Made by a program: the position numbers and the translations under genes. A DNA stretch of 64,000 nucleotides from the NCBI GenBank assembly GCA_902535975.1, contig CACAVP010000004.1, positions 1,719 through 65,718 of the forward strand, in the 5' to 3' direction. Below are positions 49,512 to 60,823 of this stretch, piece by piece; the stretch's first letter is position 1, and the number at the start of each line of letters is the position of its first letter. The stretch is from an uncultured Gammaproteobacteria bacterium (GTDB lineage: Bacteria; Pseudomonadota; Gammaproteobacteria; GCA-002705445; GCA-002716945). The notes under the pieces were generated by a model. The model saw only the letters and a program-made list of their open reading frames with translations. It had not been told where the DNA came from and made no database searches.

Positions 49512-51014
49512 ATGTTTGACTATCCAATACTCAGTACTTTGATTTGGCTGCCCATTTTCGTTGGACTAATATTAGTCGCATCAAATGATATAGGGAAGTC
49601 ATTATCAACAACAATTACTTTATTAACCACTCTAATTATCTTAATTATCTCTATAAAGCTTTTTCAATCTTATGATCATTCAGTAGGAAATTTACAATTT
49701 ATAGAGAAGTTTGTATGGATATCTGGTTTGAATATTTTTTACTATCTTGCAGTTGACGGTATCTCTGTATCATTAGTACTTTTAACATCATTTATAAATT
49801 TCTTGATCGCAATTTATGCTTCTTCTGAAGACTATAATAATAAGTCATCATATTTAGGTTATTTTCTAATACTTGAAGGTTTACTGATGGGAACTTTTTC
49901 TGCTTTTGACAGTATCCTGTTTTATATATTTTTTGAAAGTTTATTAATACCGCTTTTTTTAATAATAGGAATATGGGGAGGTGAGAATAGAAAGTATGCA
50001 ACTATTAAATTTTTCCTTTATACATTTTTTGGGTCAGTACTAATGCTGATATCAATAATTTACTTAGCAAACTTAGCCGACTCATTCGCTATTGAAGATT
50101 TCTATTATTTAACCCTATCATTTGAGGAGGAAATTTTTCTTTTACTAGCTTTTCTTATCGGTTTTGGTATAAAAGTTCCTATGTGGCCAGTCCATACATG
50201 GTTGCCAGATGCCCATGTGGAGGCACCGACAAGTGGATCTGTCATATTGGCCTCTGTTCTTCTAAAAGTTGGTGGATATGGAATGATTAGATTCTTACTG
50301 CCGATCACAACTGAAGCTGGAATTTATCTGAGTGATTACATGATATACCTGTCACTTATTGCAATAATCTACATCAGCTTTGTTGCATTTGCTCAAGAGG
50401 ATATGAAAAAACTTATTGCCTATTCTTCTGTTGCTCATATGGGCTTTGTAACAATGGGCATATTTCTAGTTTTTAATCTTATGGGAAATAATCCAACTGC
50501 AGCAGCAATTGGTCTTGAGGGAGCCATGGTCCAAATGATATCTCACGGACTAATTTCTGCAGCGTTATTTTTTTGTATCGGTATTATGTATAAACACTCC
50601 CATTCCAGGTTAATAAAAGATAATTTTGGGGTTGCACAGTTTATGCCAATATTCTCTTTTATGATGGTTTTTTTCTTAATGGCTAATTCAGGCTTGCCAG
50701 GCACTTCCGGATTCGTCGGAGAATTTCTAGTTATAACATCCTCTCTTGGCTCAAGTTTTCTTTTTGGCTTCCTTGCAGCACTTTCACTAATATTGTCTGC
50801 ATCCTATTCACTTAAATTAGGAAAAAATGTTTTATTTGGGGACAATCAGAAAAATTCTCAAGGCTACTTGGAGTGTAAAAGTAATGAGAAAATAGTTTTA
50901 GGCAGTTTAGTCATCTTCGTACTCTATTTGGGGATAAGTCCAGATGTATTATTTAACCTCTTGGATAAATCAGTCAGTGATATTATCTCGTCAATATCTC
51001 TAGGGAGGGCCTGA
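49512..51014 (+). CDS. nuoM: NADH-quinone oxidoreductase subunit M
   Basis: The 500-aa product has FFESLLIPLFLIIGIWGG and HTWLPDAHVEAPTSGSVILA. Confidence 0.93.
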   Translation: MFDYPILSTLIWLPIFVGLILVASNDIGKSLSTTITLLTTLIILIISIKLFQSYDHSVGNLQFIEKFVWISGLNIFYYLAVDGISVSLVLLTSFINFLIAIYASSEDYNNKSSYLGYFLILEGLLMGTFSAFDSILFYIFFESLLIPLFLIIGIWGGENRKYATIKFFLYTFFGSVLMLISIIYLANLADSFAIEDFYYLTLSFEEEIFLLLAFLIGFGIKVPMWPVHTWLPDAHVEAPTSGSVILASVLLKVGGYGMIRFLLPITTEAGIYLSDYMIYLSLIAIIYISFVAFAQEDMKKLIAYSSVAHMGFVTMGIFLVFNLMGNNPTAAAIGLEGAMVQMISHGLISAALFFCIGIMYKHSHSRLIKDNFGVAQFMPIFSFMMVFFLMANSGLPGTSGFVGEFLVITSSLGSSFLFGFLAALSLILSASYSLKLGKNVLFGDNQKNSQGYLECKSNEKIVLGSLVIFVLYLGISPDVLFNLLDKSVSDIISSISLGRA

Positions 51015-52444
51015 TGATTGAGTTATTTTATATTCCCGAGGTTATACTCTCTATTGGAGTTCTTCTTATAATTATACTTGATCTATATCTACAGAAACAT
51101 AAGTATATTTCATTTTCCTTAATACAGCTTTTGTTAGTAATTGCATCACTGTACGCATTAACTGAAGTTCCACAACAAAACTATAGTTCCTACGAATTTA
51201 GTGAGTTTACTAGCTTGATCAAATTTCTACTTATCTTAGGAGCGATAATTATTTTTCAATATACTTACAGTCATCTAAATCATTTAAATAGTCTTAAGAT
51301 TGAGTATTTCACTATTTCTATTTTAGGATTAGTTGGCACTATGGTGATGATTTCAGCGTACAGTTTATTAATGCTTTATCTAGGAATAGAGCTTTTATCT
51401 CTAGCACTATATGCGCTTATTGGTTTTAACAAACACTCTGGATTATCCTCCGAGGCAGCAATAAAGTACTATGTTTTAGGTGCAATGTCATCGGGTATCC
51501 TATTGTTCGGAATATCATTAATTTATGGATTCACTGGCTCAATTAATTATTTTGATATTGCTGATCAAATTAGAAATATTAACAGTAACTCCGTTCAGTA
51601 TTTAGGCATCATTTTTGGGATAATATTTATCACTGCAAGTTTATGCTTTAAGTTTGGTGCAGCACCATTTCACATCTGGGTACCAGATATTTATCAAGGT
51701 TCATTAATAAGCACCACTATTCTTCTTAGTACTCTTCCCAAAATAGCAGTATTCATCGTTTTTCTAAAATTATACTTTATCCCATTTATGGCATTAGAAT
51801 ATGTCTGGTCAGATATTTTAATCTTCATCGGTATCGCATCAATTATTATAGGTAGCATATTCGCCCTTACTCAAGAAAATATTAAAAGACTTCTAGCCTA
51901 TTCTGCTATATCAAATATAGGTTTCATAATTTTAGCTATGGCACTGGTGTCTAATGATGGTCTTCATGCATCATTATATTATACAATTGTTTACTCATTT
52001 ACTGCTCTAGCTTCATTTGGAGTTGTGACACATATCACCTCTAATAGTCATGGAATTGAGGACATTTCAGATTTAGCTGGACTGTCAAAAACTCATCCAT
52101 ATTATGCAATACTTATCCTTATAACGATGTTATCCTCGGCAGGGATACCACCTTTAATTGGTTTTCACGCAAAGTTGATGGTTATTCAAGCGTTGATCAA
52201 TAATAGTTATATTCTTCTTTCGATAATTGTGGTTCTGATGACTGTTGTTTCTGCATATTACTATTTAAGAGTAATTAAAACCGTTTACTTCGAGGAGCGA
52301 GAGAACTTAATCTCCACATACACAAGTAGCAATATTCTTTTATCAATAAATGTAATTTTGCTATTAGGTTTGGGGATTTTTCCTTTTATATTGTTTGATA
52401 CTACAAACTTTCTTGTTAATCTACTTACAGTTATTTCTATTTAA
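51014..52444 (+). CDS. nuoN: NADH-quinone oxidoreductase subunit N
   Basis: The 476-aa product starts at an ATG sharing 1 nt with the nuoM TGA. Motifs are GIELLSLALYALIGF and PFHIWVPDIYQGS. Confidence 0.93.
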   Translation: MIELFYIPEVILSIGVLLIIILDLYLQKHKYISFSLIQLLLVIASLYALTEVPQQNYSSYEFSEFTSLIKFLLILGAIIIFQYTYSHLNHLNSLKIEYFTISILGLVGTMVMISAYSLLMLYLGIELLSLALYALIGFNKHSGLSSEAAIKYYVLGAMSSGILLFGISLIYGFTGSINYFDIADQIRNINSNSVQYLGIIFGIIFITASLCFKFGAAPFHIWVPDIYQGSLISTTILLSTLPKIAVFIVFLKLYFIPFMALEYVWSDILIFIGIASIIIGSIFALTQENIKRLLAYSAISNIGFIILAMALVSNDGLHASLYYTIVYSFTALASFGVVTHITSNSHGIEDISDLAGLSKTHPYYAILILITMLSSAGIPPLIGFHAKLMVIQALINNSYILLSIIVVLMTVVSAYYYLRVIKTVYFEERENLISTYTSSNILLSINVILLLGLGIFPFILFDTTNFLVNLLTVISI

Positions 52445-52483
52445 CTTGAAAATAAATCACATAAACTATAGACTTCGAATCAG

Positions 52484-52560
<77 letters not shown>

Positions 52561-52646
52561 AGAATCTGTAAATTTCTTTCGCATTCATTGCATTTTGATA
52601 TACAATACAACCACGGCTCCATTTGGGGCCATTTTAATGCGTATTT

Positions 52647-53102
52647 ATGAATGATACTGAAGAAAAACTTATGAAAAGACTCAATAATATTCTCGAGAGT
52701 GATCTCGAAGCAATAAATGTAAAAATATTTGGAGCTCGAAATCAAAAATCTATCGAAATTATGATTGAATCTAACCAAGGAGTCACTATTAACACGTGTG
52801 CGGATGTAACAAAGCTAGCGCAGAATATTATCAAACTCGATAGCTTAGTTGATAGTGATTATAGTATTGAGGTATCCTCACCAGGGATTAATAGACCTTT
52901 GTTTAACATAAGGGATTTTATAAAATATCAAGGTGAAAAAGCATTTATTGAGCTTAAAAGAAGCGTTAATAATCAAAAACGTTTTACCGGAGAATATAAA
53001 GTAATTAATAAAAAAATAACTTTTCCTAATCAAGATAATACCATTGAGATATCAATAGATGATATAAAAAAAGCTAACCTAATTAGGGAGATTAAAGTAT
53101 GA
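52647..53102 (+). CDS. rimP: Ribosome maturation factor RimP
   Basis: The 151-aa product has the motif EVSSPGINRPL. Its position between metY and nusA is conserved. Confidence 0.85.
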   Translation: MNDTEEKLMKRLNNILESDLEAINVKIFGARNQKSIEIMIESNQGVTINTCADVTKLAQNIIKLDSLVDSDYSIEVSSPGINRPLFNIRDFIKYQGEKAFIELKRSVNNQKRFTGEYKVINKKITFPNQDNTIEISIDDIKKANLIREIKV

Positions 53103-54619
53103 ATAAAGAGATTCTTCTCATAATCGATACTGTTTCAAACGAAAAAAATGTAGATAGAGAAATTATTATTGATGCCATGGAGCATGCTCTAGCATCAGCT
53201 GTCAAAAAGAAATATAAACTTGATAATAAAACTCAAGATGAGATAGATGTAGAGGTAACGATTAATCAAGATGACGGGTCATACAAAACATTACGAAGAT
53301 GGGAAGTAGTGGATGAAATGTTAGTCGATGACGAATACGAGATGAAAATGTTACTAGACTTAGCAAAAGAGAAAGATCCTAAAATAGAAGTCGGAGACTT
53401 TATTACTGAAGAAATTGAATCGGTTGAATTTGGAAGAATTGTTGCGCAAACTGCCAAACAAAATATTGTATCACGATTAAAAGCTGCAGAAAGAAACAGA
53501 ATTGTTGATCTATACTCTCCCAAAATAGGTGAACTATTATTTGGTATTGTAAGGAGAGTCGATAAGAATAATGTTTTTTTAGATCTAAGTTCAAATGAAA
53601 GTGGAAGTATATCTGATGAGGCGATGATTTTAAAAGATAATTTAATCCCTAGAGAAATTATAAAGCCAGGCGATAGAATAAGAGGATATTTGATGGATGT
53701 TCAATCTGAGTCCAGAGGACCACAACTTTATATTTCAAGAAAATGCTCTGAGTTCTTAATTGAACTTTTCCGATTAGAAGTTCCTGAAGTAGGTCAGGGT
53801 ATTATTGAAATACTCGGTGCTTCAAGGGACCCTGGCGTAAGAGCAAAAATAGCAGTTAAATCTAATGATCCGAAGTTAGATGCTATCGGCGCGTGCGTTG
53901 GAATGAGGGGATCTCGGGTACAATCAGTTTCAAATGAACTAGCGGGTGAGAGAATTGATATTATTCCTTGGGACGATGATCCTGCAAAATTTGTAATAAA
54001 TGCTATGTCACCTGCAGAGGTTTTATCAATAGTAGTAGATGAAACAAGTAAAACAATGGATATTGCTGTAGCTGAGGAGCAATTATCTCAAGCAATTGGA
54101 AGAGGCGGGCAGAATGTCAGACTTGCAAGCGAGCTTACAGGTTGGAATTTAAATGTAATGAGTAAAGATGAAGCTGATGATAAGAACACGAGAGAAGAGG
54201 AAGAAACTGCTGCACAATTTCAAAAAAATCTTAATGTCGATAATGATGTGGCAAAGATTCTTGCTGAGGAGGGATTCACAAGCATAGAAGAGATCGCATT
54301 GTGTGAAATTGAGGAGCTTGAGGATATTAATGGCTTTGATAAAGAACTCGTTGTTGAATTAAGAAAAAGAGCGATTGATGAATACGAAAAGCAACAAAAA
54401 GAGATTGATGATAAGAATTCATTAACTAATTTAGATGATTTAACCGATGATCAAGTCATTTTACTTAGAAATAGTGATATATTAACTATTAACGATATAG
54501 CTGACTTATCGATTGATGAATTGCTGGATATTATTGATATTTCGAATGAGACTGCTGGTAAAATAATTATGCAAGCTAGAGAAAGCTGGTTTGATGAGGA
54601 AAATGACGGACAAAGATAA
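53099..54619 (+). CDS. nusA: Transcription termination/antitermination factor NusA
   Basis: The 506-aa product has an S1 and KH1/KH2 core (RGPQLYISR, GACVGMRGSRVQSV, AIGRGGQNVRLASELTGW) and acidic C-terminal HhH repeats. Confidence 0.95.
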   Translation: MNKEILLIIDTVSNEKNVDREIIIDAMEHALASAVKKKYKLDNKTQDEIDVEVTINQDDGSYKTLRRWEVVDEMLVDDEYEMKMLLDLAKEKDPKIEVGDFITEEIESVEFGRIVAQTAKQNIVSRLKAAERNRIVDLYSPKIGELLFGIVRRVDKNNVFLDLSSNESGSISDEAMILKDNLIPREIIKPGDRIRGYLMDVQSESRGPQLYISRKCSEFLIELFRLEVPEVGQGIIEILGASRDPGVRAKIAVKSNDPKLDAIGACVGMRGSRVQSVSNELAGERIDIIPWDDDPAKFVINAMSPAEVLSIVVDETSKTMDIAVAEEQLSQAIGRGGQNVRLASELTGWNLNVMSKDEADDKNTREEEETAAQFQKNLNVDNDVAKILAEEGFTSIEEIALCEIEELEDINGFDKELVVELRKRAIDEYEKQQKEIDDKNSLTNLDDLTDDQVILLRNSDILTINDIADLSIDELLDIIDISNETAGKIIMQARESWFDEENDGQR

Positions 54620-56765
54620 CATAAAACTTAAGACAGATACTCTATCGCCAAGAAAAAGCAGTTCATCTGTAGGAGTGCATGTTAAAAGAAAAAGGAAAAT
54701 TATAGCGAAGCCATCAAGCAGCCAAACACCTCACTCATCACGACCCACAAAAAAAGAGGAAAAAAAAGAAATTATAAAAGAGAGTCTCCCACAAGAAATC
54801 ACAATTTCAAAAGTATCTACTCCTAAGGAAGTTACACCCCTAGATTCCAAACCTGCTAAGAAGCATAAAATAGATAAAGATGAAAAAATAGAAAAAATGG
54901 AAAATAAGGAGCTGCATTTAAAATCTCCAAGTTATAAAAAAGATAAAAACAAAAAAAATAAAGTACAACTGCATGATATACAAGCCACACATAAATTTGA
55001 GAAACCAACTGAGCCAGTTGTAAGAGATGTAAAAATTACGCAATCTATGACAGTAGCTGAATTAGCCAATCAAATGGCACTTAAGCACACGGATTTAATC
55101 GCTAAAATGATGAGTCTAGGGGTTATGGCTACTGTAAATCAATCATTGGATCAAGACACTGCAGTACTTATTACAGAGGAGCTCGGTCATAAACCTATAA
55201 TAGTTCAAGATTCTGAGGATGAAATAGCTCCTTTGGAGAAAATTAAGGTTACGGATGGAAAAACAAGAGCACCAATTGTTACAATAATGGGTCATGTTGA
55301 TCATGGCAAAACATCTCTCCTAGATTACATAAGAAAGTCGAAAATTACTGAATCTGAATCAGGAGGAATTACACAACATATAGGCGCATATCGTGTCAAG
55401 ACTAACAATGGTGAAATTGCTTTTCTTGATACGCCTGGTCACGCAGCTTTCACAAGTATGAGAGCAAGAGGCGCTAAAGTAACTGATATAGTTATTTTAG
55501 TAGTTTCTGCAGATGACGGAGTAATGCCTCAAACTAAAGAAGCTATAGAGCATGCTAAAGCTGCAGAAGTACCTCTAATAATTGCAATTAATAAAATTGA
55601 TAAAGAAAATGCTGATCAAGAAAAAGTGAAAAATGATCTTGCCGCTAATAATGTTGTTCCAGAAGAGTGGGGAGGTGATACAATTTTCGTACCAATTTCT
55701 GCTCTAACAGGAGAAGGAGTTGATAAACTACTTGACTCTGTTGTTCTACAGGCAGAAATCCTAGAGCTTAAGGCAAATGACAGCGGGCCCGCAACTGGCG
55801 TAGTGATTGAATCATCATTGGATAAAGGAAAAGGCCCAGTAGCAACAGTGCTCATACAGAATGGCATACTGAATCAGAAAGATTTTGTATTAGTTGGTCA
55901 GACTTTTGGAAGAGTAAGAGCCCTATTCAATGAATACAATAAGCCTGTAAAAAGTGCAGGACCAAGCACTCCGGTCGTCCTTACTGGACTGTCAGCTACC
56001 CCAAATGTAGGGGATCAATTAATATCAACTGATGATGAGAAAAAGGTTAAAGATATCGCATCATCTCGAGAAAAAAAACAAAAAGAAATCGAGATGCAGT
56101 CTAAACAGAAAAATTTCTCAATTGAATCATTTGGTGACGACTCAAACAATAAAAAAATTATTAATTATCTTGTAAAAACAGATGTGCAAGGAAGCTGTGA
56201 GGCTATAATCAATAGTCTACAAAGTATTGATAACCCTGACGTTGGGCTTGAGGTAATTTACAGTGGAGTTGGAGGCATTACTGAGTCAGACATAAATTTA
56301 GCAATCAGTGCTGGAGCACATATCATAGGATTCAATGTTAGAGCTGATAGTAAAGCAAAAAAATTAATTGAAATGCATGATTTACCATTAAAATATTTCA
56401 GTATTATTTATGACCTTATTGATAATGTTAAATTTGATTTATCTGGTGAATTAGAGCCAGAAATCAAAGAGGAAATCATAGGGATTGCCACAGTCAAAGA
56501 TGTTTTTCGTTCCTCGAAGCTTGGCGCTATAGCAGGATCTATTGTATCTGAAGGCACCATTCAAAAAGATCAACCTATCAGGGTTTTACGTGATAATACA
56601 GTCATTTATGAGGGAGAACTAGAATCTCTTAGAAGATTCAAAGAGGATGTAAAAGAAGTTAAAAGTGGTACCGAGTGTGGCATAGGGGTAAAAGATTACA
56701 ATGACATTAAGTCTGGTGATCAGATAGAAGTATATAAAAGAACAGAAATAAAACGCTCTATATAA
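54594..56765 (+). CDS. infB: Translation initiation factor IF-2
   Basis: It has a Lys-rich N-terminal region. The G domain has IMGHVDHGKTSLLD, DTPGH and NKID, and C-terminal domains follow. The start is uncertain: TTG 54591, ATG 54594 and ATG 54603 are all in frame. Confidence 0.95.
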   Translation: MRKMTDKDNIKLKTDTLSPRKSSSSVGVHVKRKRKIIAKPSSSQTPHSSRPTKKEEKKEIIKESLPQEITISKVSTPKEVTPLDSKPAKKHKIDKDEKIEKMENKELHLKSPSYKKDKNKKNKVQLHDIQATHKFEKPTEPVVRDVKITQSMTVAELANQMALKHTDLIAKMMSLGVMATVNQSLDQDTAVLITEELGHKPIIVQDSEDEIAPLEKIKVTDGKTRAPIVTIMGHVDHGKTSLLDYIRKSKITESESGGITQHIGAYRVKTNNGEIAFLDTPGHAAFTSMRARGAKVTDIVILVVSADDGVMPQTKEAIEHAKAAEVPLIIAINKIDKENADQEKVKNDLAANNVVPEEWGGDTIFVPISALTGEGVDKLLDSVVLQAEILELKANDSGPATGVVIESSLDKGKGPVATVLIQNGILNQKDFVLVGQTFGRVRALFNEYNKPVKSAGPSTPVVLTGLSATPNVGDQLISTDDEKKVKDIASSREKKQKEIEMQSKQKNFSIESFGDDSNNKKIINYLVKTDVQGSCEAIINSLQSIDNPDVGLEVIYSGVGGITESDINLAISAGAHIIGFNVRADSKAKKLIEMHDLPLKYFSIIYDLIDNVKFDLSGELEPEIKEEIIGIATVKDVFRSSKLGAIAGSIVSEGTIQKDQPIRVLRDNTVIYEGELESLRRFKEDVKEVKSGTECGIGVKDYNDIKSGDQIEVYKRTEIKRSI

Positions 56766-56771
56766 TCTACT

Positions 56772-57101
56772 ATGAGTAGAATGAATAAAATTGAAGATCT
56801 ACTTCATAAAGAAATTGCAAACATAATTGTAACTCGTATAGATAATCCTCAAATTAAAAATACCGTCACTATTACAGACATAAAGGTCAGTAAAGATATA
56901 AGGAGCGCTATTGTCTATTTCGTAACATTAGACAAAAATTTTAAAAAAGTAGAAAAAATAATCAATGAACTTAAACCAACTATAAAATTCTATTTGTCAA
57001 AAAATGTACATCTAAAAAGAATACCAGATATCAAATTCATCTTTGATGATACGATTATCAAAGGACAGCGAATAAATAAACTCTTAGATTCTCTAAGATA
57101 A
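56772..57101 (+). CDS. rbfA: Ribosome-binding factor A
   Basis: The 109-aa product has a KH-like pattern (IEDLLHKEIANII....VTITDIKVSKD...A.VYF). Its position after infB is conserved. Confidence 0.85.
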   Translation: MSRMNKIEDLLHKEIANIIVTRIDNPQIKNTVTITDIKVSKDIRSAIVYFVTLDKNFKKVEKIINELKPTIKFYLSKNVHLKRIPDIKFIFDDTIIKGQRINKLLDSLR

Positions 57102-57108
57102 TTTCAAA

Positions 57109-57987
57109 ATGAATAACGGAGTTTATTTGATTGATAAGAAAAAATTTATTACTTCAAGCAAAACGCTTGCTATCTTTAAAAATAAAACAGAGATTAAAAA
57201 AGCTGGAATTTTTGGTATTTTAGATCCTTTAGCAACAGGAATTCTTCCTATAGTAGTGGGGGAAGCGACAAAATTCATAAATTACATTCCTCACAATAAA
57301 AAGACATATGAAGTAAAGTGCAAACTAGGTGTTTTTAGTCAGTGCGGTGATTACGAGACCGAACCTGTAACTTTTGAAAACGAGATTGAAATTATTAATA
57401 ATCTCTCGATAGAAGTAATCGAGAGCACACTCAAAAAGTTTCTTGGCAAATATCCTCAAATGCCTCCGATGTATAGTGCTAGCAAATATAAAGGAAAACC
57501 TCTATACACATATGCAAGAAAAAATATAACAGTAAAAAGAGAATTAAAAGAGAGATTTATTGATGATTTAAAATTTATTTCGTTAGAGGGGGATGTTTTG
57601 ACTTTTAAAGTAACATGTTCTCCAGGTACCTATATACGAACACTTATCCAGGATATTTCAAGACTTTGGAATTTACATTCATGCCTTTTTGAACTAAACA
57701 GATGCAGGGTAGAGCCTTTTGAGGAATACTCGCCCATTGATTTAAATGACATTAGTAAAGACAACTTACACACTTACAATATTAGTATCTCTGACATGCT
57801 CAAGAATATCCCTTGCATGAATTGTAATTCTAAAGAGATCGATAAGTTATATAAGGGAATTAGCATTGAAAAGCAGAATTCAGCTAATGTGTCAATCTAT
57901 AGGCTCATGGATGATGAAAATATCTTTCATGGGATCGGATATTTTAGAGAAAATGTTTTGTATCCTAAAAGATTGATGAAAAAGTAA
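57109..57987 (+). CDS. truB: tRNA pseudouridine-55 synthase
   Basis: The 292-aa product has the catalytic Asp motif GILDPLATGILPIVVGEATK, plus PPMYSA.K..GKPLY.YAR. Confidence 0.9.
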   Translation: MNNGVYLIDKKKFITSSKTLAIFKNKTEIKKAGIFGILDPLATGILPIVVGEATKFINYIPHNKKTYEVKCKLGVFSQCGDYETEPVTFENEIEIINNLSIEVIESTLKKFLGKYPQMPPMYSASKYKGKPLYTYARKNITVKRELKERFIDDLKFISLEGDVLTFKVTCSPGTYIRTLIQDISRLWNLHSCLFELNRCRVEPFEEYSPIDLNDISKDNLHTYNISISDMLKNIPCMNCNSKEIDKLYKGISIEKQNSANVSIYRLMDDENIFHGIGYFRENVLYPKRLMKK

Positions 57988-58050
57988 TATTTCATTGGTA
58001 TTACCAGTTGGACATGATAAAATCCTCTCGTTAAGTAATTAGAAAAAATA

Positions 58051-58320
58051 ATGGCATTGAATAGCGATAAAAAAGTTGAAATCATACAAAAATTCAAAAA
58101 ATCTGATAAAGATTGCGGATCTAGTTCAGTTCAAATAGCTCTTCTCACAGAAAACATTAACAAACTTTCTGACCACTTTAATAAAAATAAAAAGGATAAT
58201 CATTCGAGACAAGGACTCCTAAAAATGATTATGAAGAGAAGATCTCTCATGAAATATCTCAAGAAAACAGATATGAGTACTTATGAGAACCTAATAAAAG
58301 AACTAGGACTAAGAAAATAA
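58051..58320 (+). CDS. rpsO: 30S ribosomal protein S15
   Basis: The 89-aa product has [21 protein letters not shown] and [11 protein letters not shown]...RRSLMKYL. Confidence 0.95.
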   Translation: MALNSDKKVEIIQKFKKSDKDCGSSSVQIALLTENINKLSDHFNKNKKDNHSRQGLLKMIMKRRSLMKYLKKTDMSTYENLIKELGLRK

Positions 58321-60395
58321 TGTACACAAAAATTTTTGATCTTGGCACTCAATCTGTCAAAATTGAGACTGGCCTTATAGCGAAACAGGCTAATGCCTCA
58401 GCAACTGTCGATATTAATGGTACTGTTATTTTGGCAACAATTGTAGCTTCATCAGAACCGAATGACAGAGATTTTTTCCCTTTGACCGTAAACTATAATG
58501 AAAAAACATACGCTGCTGGGAAAATACCTGGCGGTTTTTTCAAACGTGAGGGTAGACCTACAGAAAAGGAAACTTTGATAAGTCGTTTGATAGACAGACC
58601 CCTAAGACCTTTATTCGCATCCACATACAATCAAGAAGTACAAATAATCCTAACACTAGTCTCTCTGAATCCAGAGATAGATCCAGAGATTCCTGCATTA
58701 ATAGCTGCCTCAACTGTTGTAAAACTTGCTGGGCTTCCTTTCAATGGAACACTTGGTGCAGTTAAAGTTGGGTTTGATAATGATCAATACATACTCAACC
58801 CCACATCTACTCAATTAGCTACTTCAAAATTAGATTTAACTGTCGCAGGTACAAGTAACGCAGTACTCATGGTTGAATCTGAAGCTGATCAGCTTACTGA
58901 AAAACAGATGTTGGATGCAGTTAATTTCGGACATGACAACATGCAAATAATTATTAAAGCTATAGATGAACTCATAGCTGAGGTAGGGATCTCTCAACAA
59001 GAAGCTAAAGAACCTGAGGATAATTCTGACTTGTATAATTTAATTAAAACTTCCTATGGTGAAAAGATATCATCTGTCTATCAGATCATCGAAAAACAAG
59101 AAAGATATGAAAAGTTATCTCTTCTAAAAGATGAAGTCATAAAAAATGAACTAAATGAAGAAGAAGATAATTCTGAAATGATTTCAAAAGTTTTTGATAA
59201 TCTTAAAAAAGACATTGTTAGAGAACGTATTCTATCCGGGGAAAAAAGAATTGACGGAAGAGATTCTAAGACAGTCAGACCAATAAGCATTCAAACTGGT
59301 GTCTTACCAAGAACTCATGGTTCGGCATTATTCACGCGAGGAGAAACTCAGGCTTTAGTTGTTACTACCCTTGGAACTAATAAAGACGCACAAATTATTG
59401 ATTCTCTAAGTGGTAGAGTAGAGGATTCATTTATCTTTCATTACAATTTCCCTCCATATTCTGTTGGTGAGATAGGAATGATTGGTTCGCCAAAGAGAAG
59501 AGAAATTGGTCATGGAAAACTTGCTCGAAGAGGTGTTCAAGCAGTAATGCCTACTCAAGAGGACTTTCCTTATACAGTTAGAGTTGTATCTGAAATCACT
59601 GAATCAAATGGATCTAGTTCAATGGCATCAGTTTGTGGCTCAAGCTTATCTATGATGGATGCAGGAGTGCCATTAAAAGCCCCTGTTGCAGGAATTGCTA
59701 TGGGATTAGTAAAAGAGGGTGACAGACACGTTGTTTTGACTGATATTCTTGGAGACGAAGACCATCTTGGTGATATGGATTTCAAGGTAGCTGGGACAGC
59801 TACTGGTATTAATGCTTTACAAATGGATATCAAAATTGACGGTATCACATCAGATATAATGGAGACGGCACTTAATCAGGCGAAAGAGGCGAGACTACAT
59901 ATTTTAGATGAGATGAACAAAGAGCTCAGTACTGCACGTGAGGATGTATCAGAATTTGCCCCAAGATATACGCATATGAAGATCGATCAATCAAAAATTG
60001 CGGAGGTTATTGGTAAGGGTGGCGCTGTGATTAAGTCAATTGTCGAGCAAACTGGCGCAGTCATTGATATCAATGATGACGGAGTGATCAAGATAGCTGC
60101 ATCTGACCAATCGAAAAGCGATCATGCTAAATCTATTATTGAGGAGATAACAGCTGGCCCTCAGGTTGATAAGGTCTATGAAGGCAAAGTAGCAAAAATA
60201 ATGGACTTTGGTGCCTTTGTAGCAATTACCCCAAATAAAGACGGCTTGGTTCATATATCACAAATAAGTGAAGAGAGAGTGAAAGATGTTAAGGACGTTC
60301 TATCCGAAGGTGATGTGGTTAAAGTAAAAGTCTTGGAAGTTGATAAGCAGGGTCGCGTCAAGCTTACAATGAAGGGCGTAGATCAAAATACCTAA
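58320..60395 (+). CDS. pnp: Polyribonucleotide nucleotidyltransferase (PNPase)
   Basis: The 691-aa product has two RNase PH-like domains ([17 protein letters not shown]), then KH ([10 protein letters not shown]) and S1 domains. Its ATG shares 1 nt with the rpsO TAA. Confidence 0.97.
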   Translation: MYTKIFDLGTQSVKIETGLIAKQANASATVDINGTVILATIVASSEPNDRDFFPLTVNYNEKTYAAGKIPGGFFKREGRPTEKETLISRLIDRPLRPLFASTYNQEVQIILTLVSLNPEIDPEIPALIAASTVVKLAGLPFNGTLGAVKVGFDNDQYILNPTSTQLATSKLDLTVAGTSNAVLMVESEADQLTEKQMLDAVNFGHDNMQIIIKAIDELIAEVGISQQEAKEPEDNSDLYNLIKTSYGEKISSVYQIIEKQERYEKLSLLKDEVIKNELNEEEDNSEMISKVFDNLKKDIVRERILSGEKRIDGRDSKTVRPISIQTGVLPRTHGSALFTRGETQALVVTTLGTNKDAQIIDSLSGRVEDSFIFHYNFPPYSVGEIGMIGSPKRREIGHGKLARRGVQAVMPTQEDFPYTVRVVSEITESNGSSSMASVCGSSLSMMDAGVPLKAPVAGIAMGLVKEGDRHVVLTDILGDEDHLGDMDFKVAGTATGINALQMDIKIDGITSDIMETALNQAKEARLHILDEMNKELSTAREDVSEFAPRYTHMKIDQSKIAEVIGKGGAVIKSIVEQTGAVIDINDDGVIKIAASDQSKSDHAKSIIEEITAGPQVDKVYEGKVAKIMDFGAFVAITPNKDGLVHISQISEERVKDVKDVLSEGDVVKVKVLEVDKQGRVKLTMKGVDQNT

Positions 60396-60823
60396 TCAAT
60401 TTGAGTTTTTTCCATTTTCTCATGACGTTCTTGTGCTTCGATTGACAGTGTCGCAATTGGTCTTGCCTCTAATCGTTTAATACCTATCGGTTCACCAGTA
60501 TCCTCACAGTAACCATATGATCCATCATCAATTCTACTTAGAGCTTGATCAATTTTTGATATTAATTTCCTCTCTCTATCTCTAGTTCTTAGCTCAAGTC
60601 TAAATTCTTCTTCTTGAGTAGCGGCATCATTAGGATCTGATAGTTTTGAAGAATCCTGCTTCATATGGTCCATAGTTTTTTCTGCTTCAGTCATCAGCAT
60701 CTTTTTCCATGAGAATAAGATATTCTTGAAGTGTTCTGTTTGTTGAGGGGACATGTATTCTTCCCCTTTTTTTGGCTTATATGGTTTGAAATCAAGGTAT
60801 TTTTGGAGATTCGTTGATGCCAT
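60392..60823 (-). CDS. dksA: RNA polymerase-binding transcription factor DksA, variant without a Cys4 zinc finger
   Basis: The 143-aa product has the coiled-coil tip [12 protein letters not shown] (DxxDxA). The C-terminal region [29 protein letters not shown] aligns to E. coli CxxC-x17-CxxC but reads CxxT-x17-SxxA. Confidence 0.85.
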   Translation of the reverse strand: MASTNLQKYLDFKPYKPKKGEEYMSPQQTEHFKNILFSWKKMLMTEAEKTMDHMKQDSSKLSDPNDAATQEEEFRLELRTRDRERKLISKIDQALSRIDDGSYGYCEDTGEPIGIKRLEARPIATLSIEAQERHEKMEKTQID

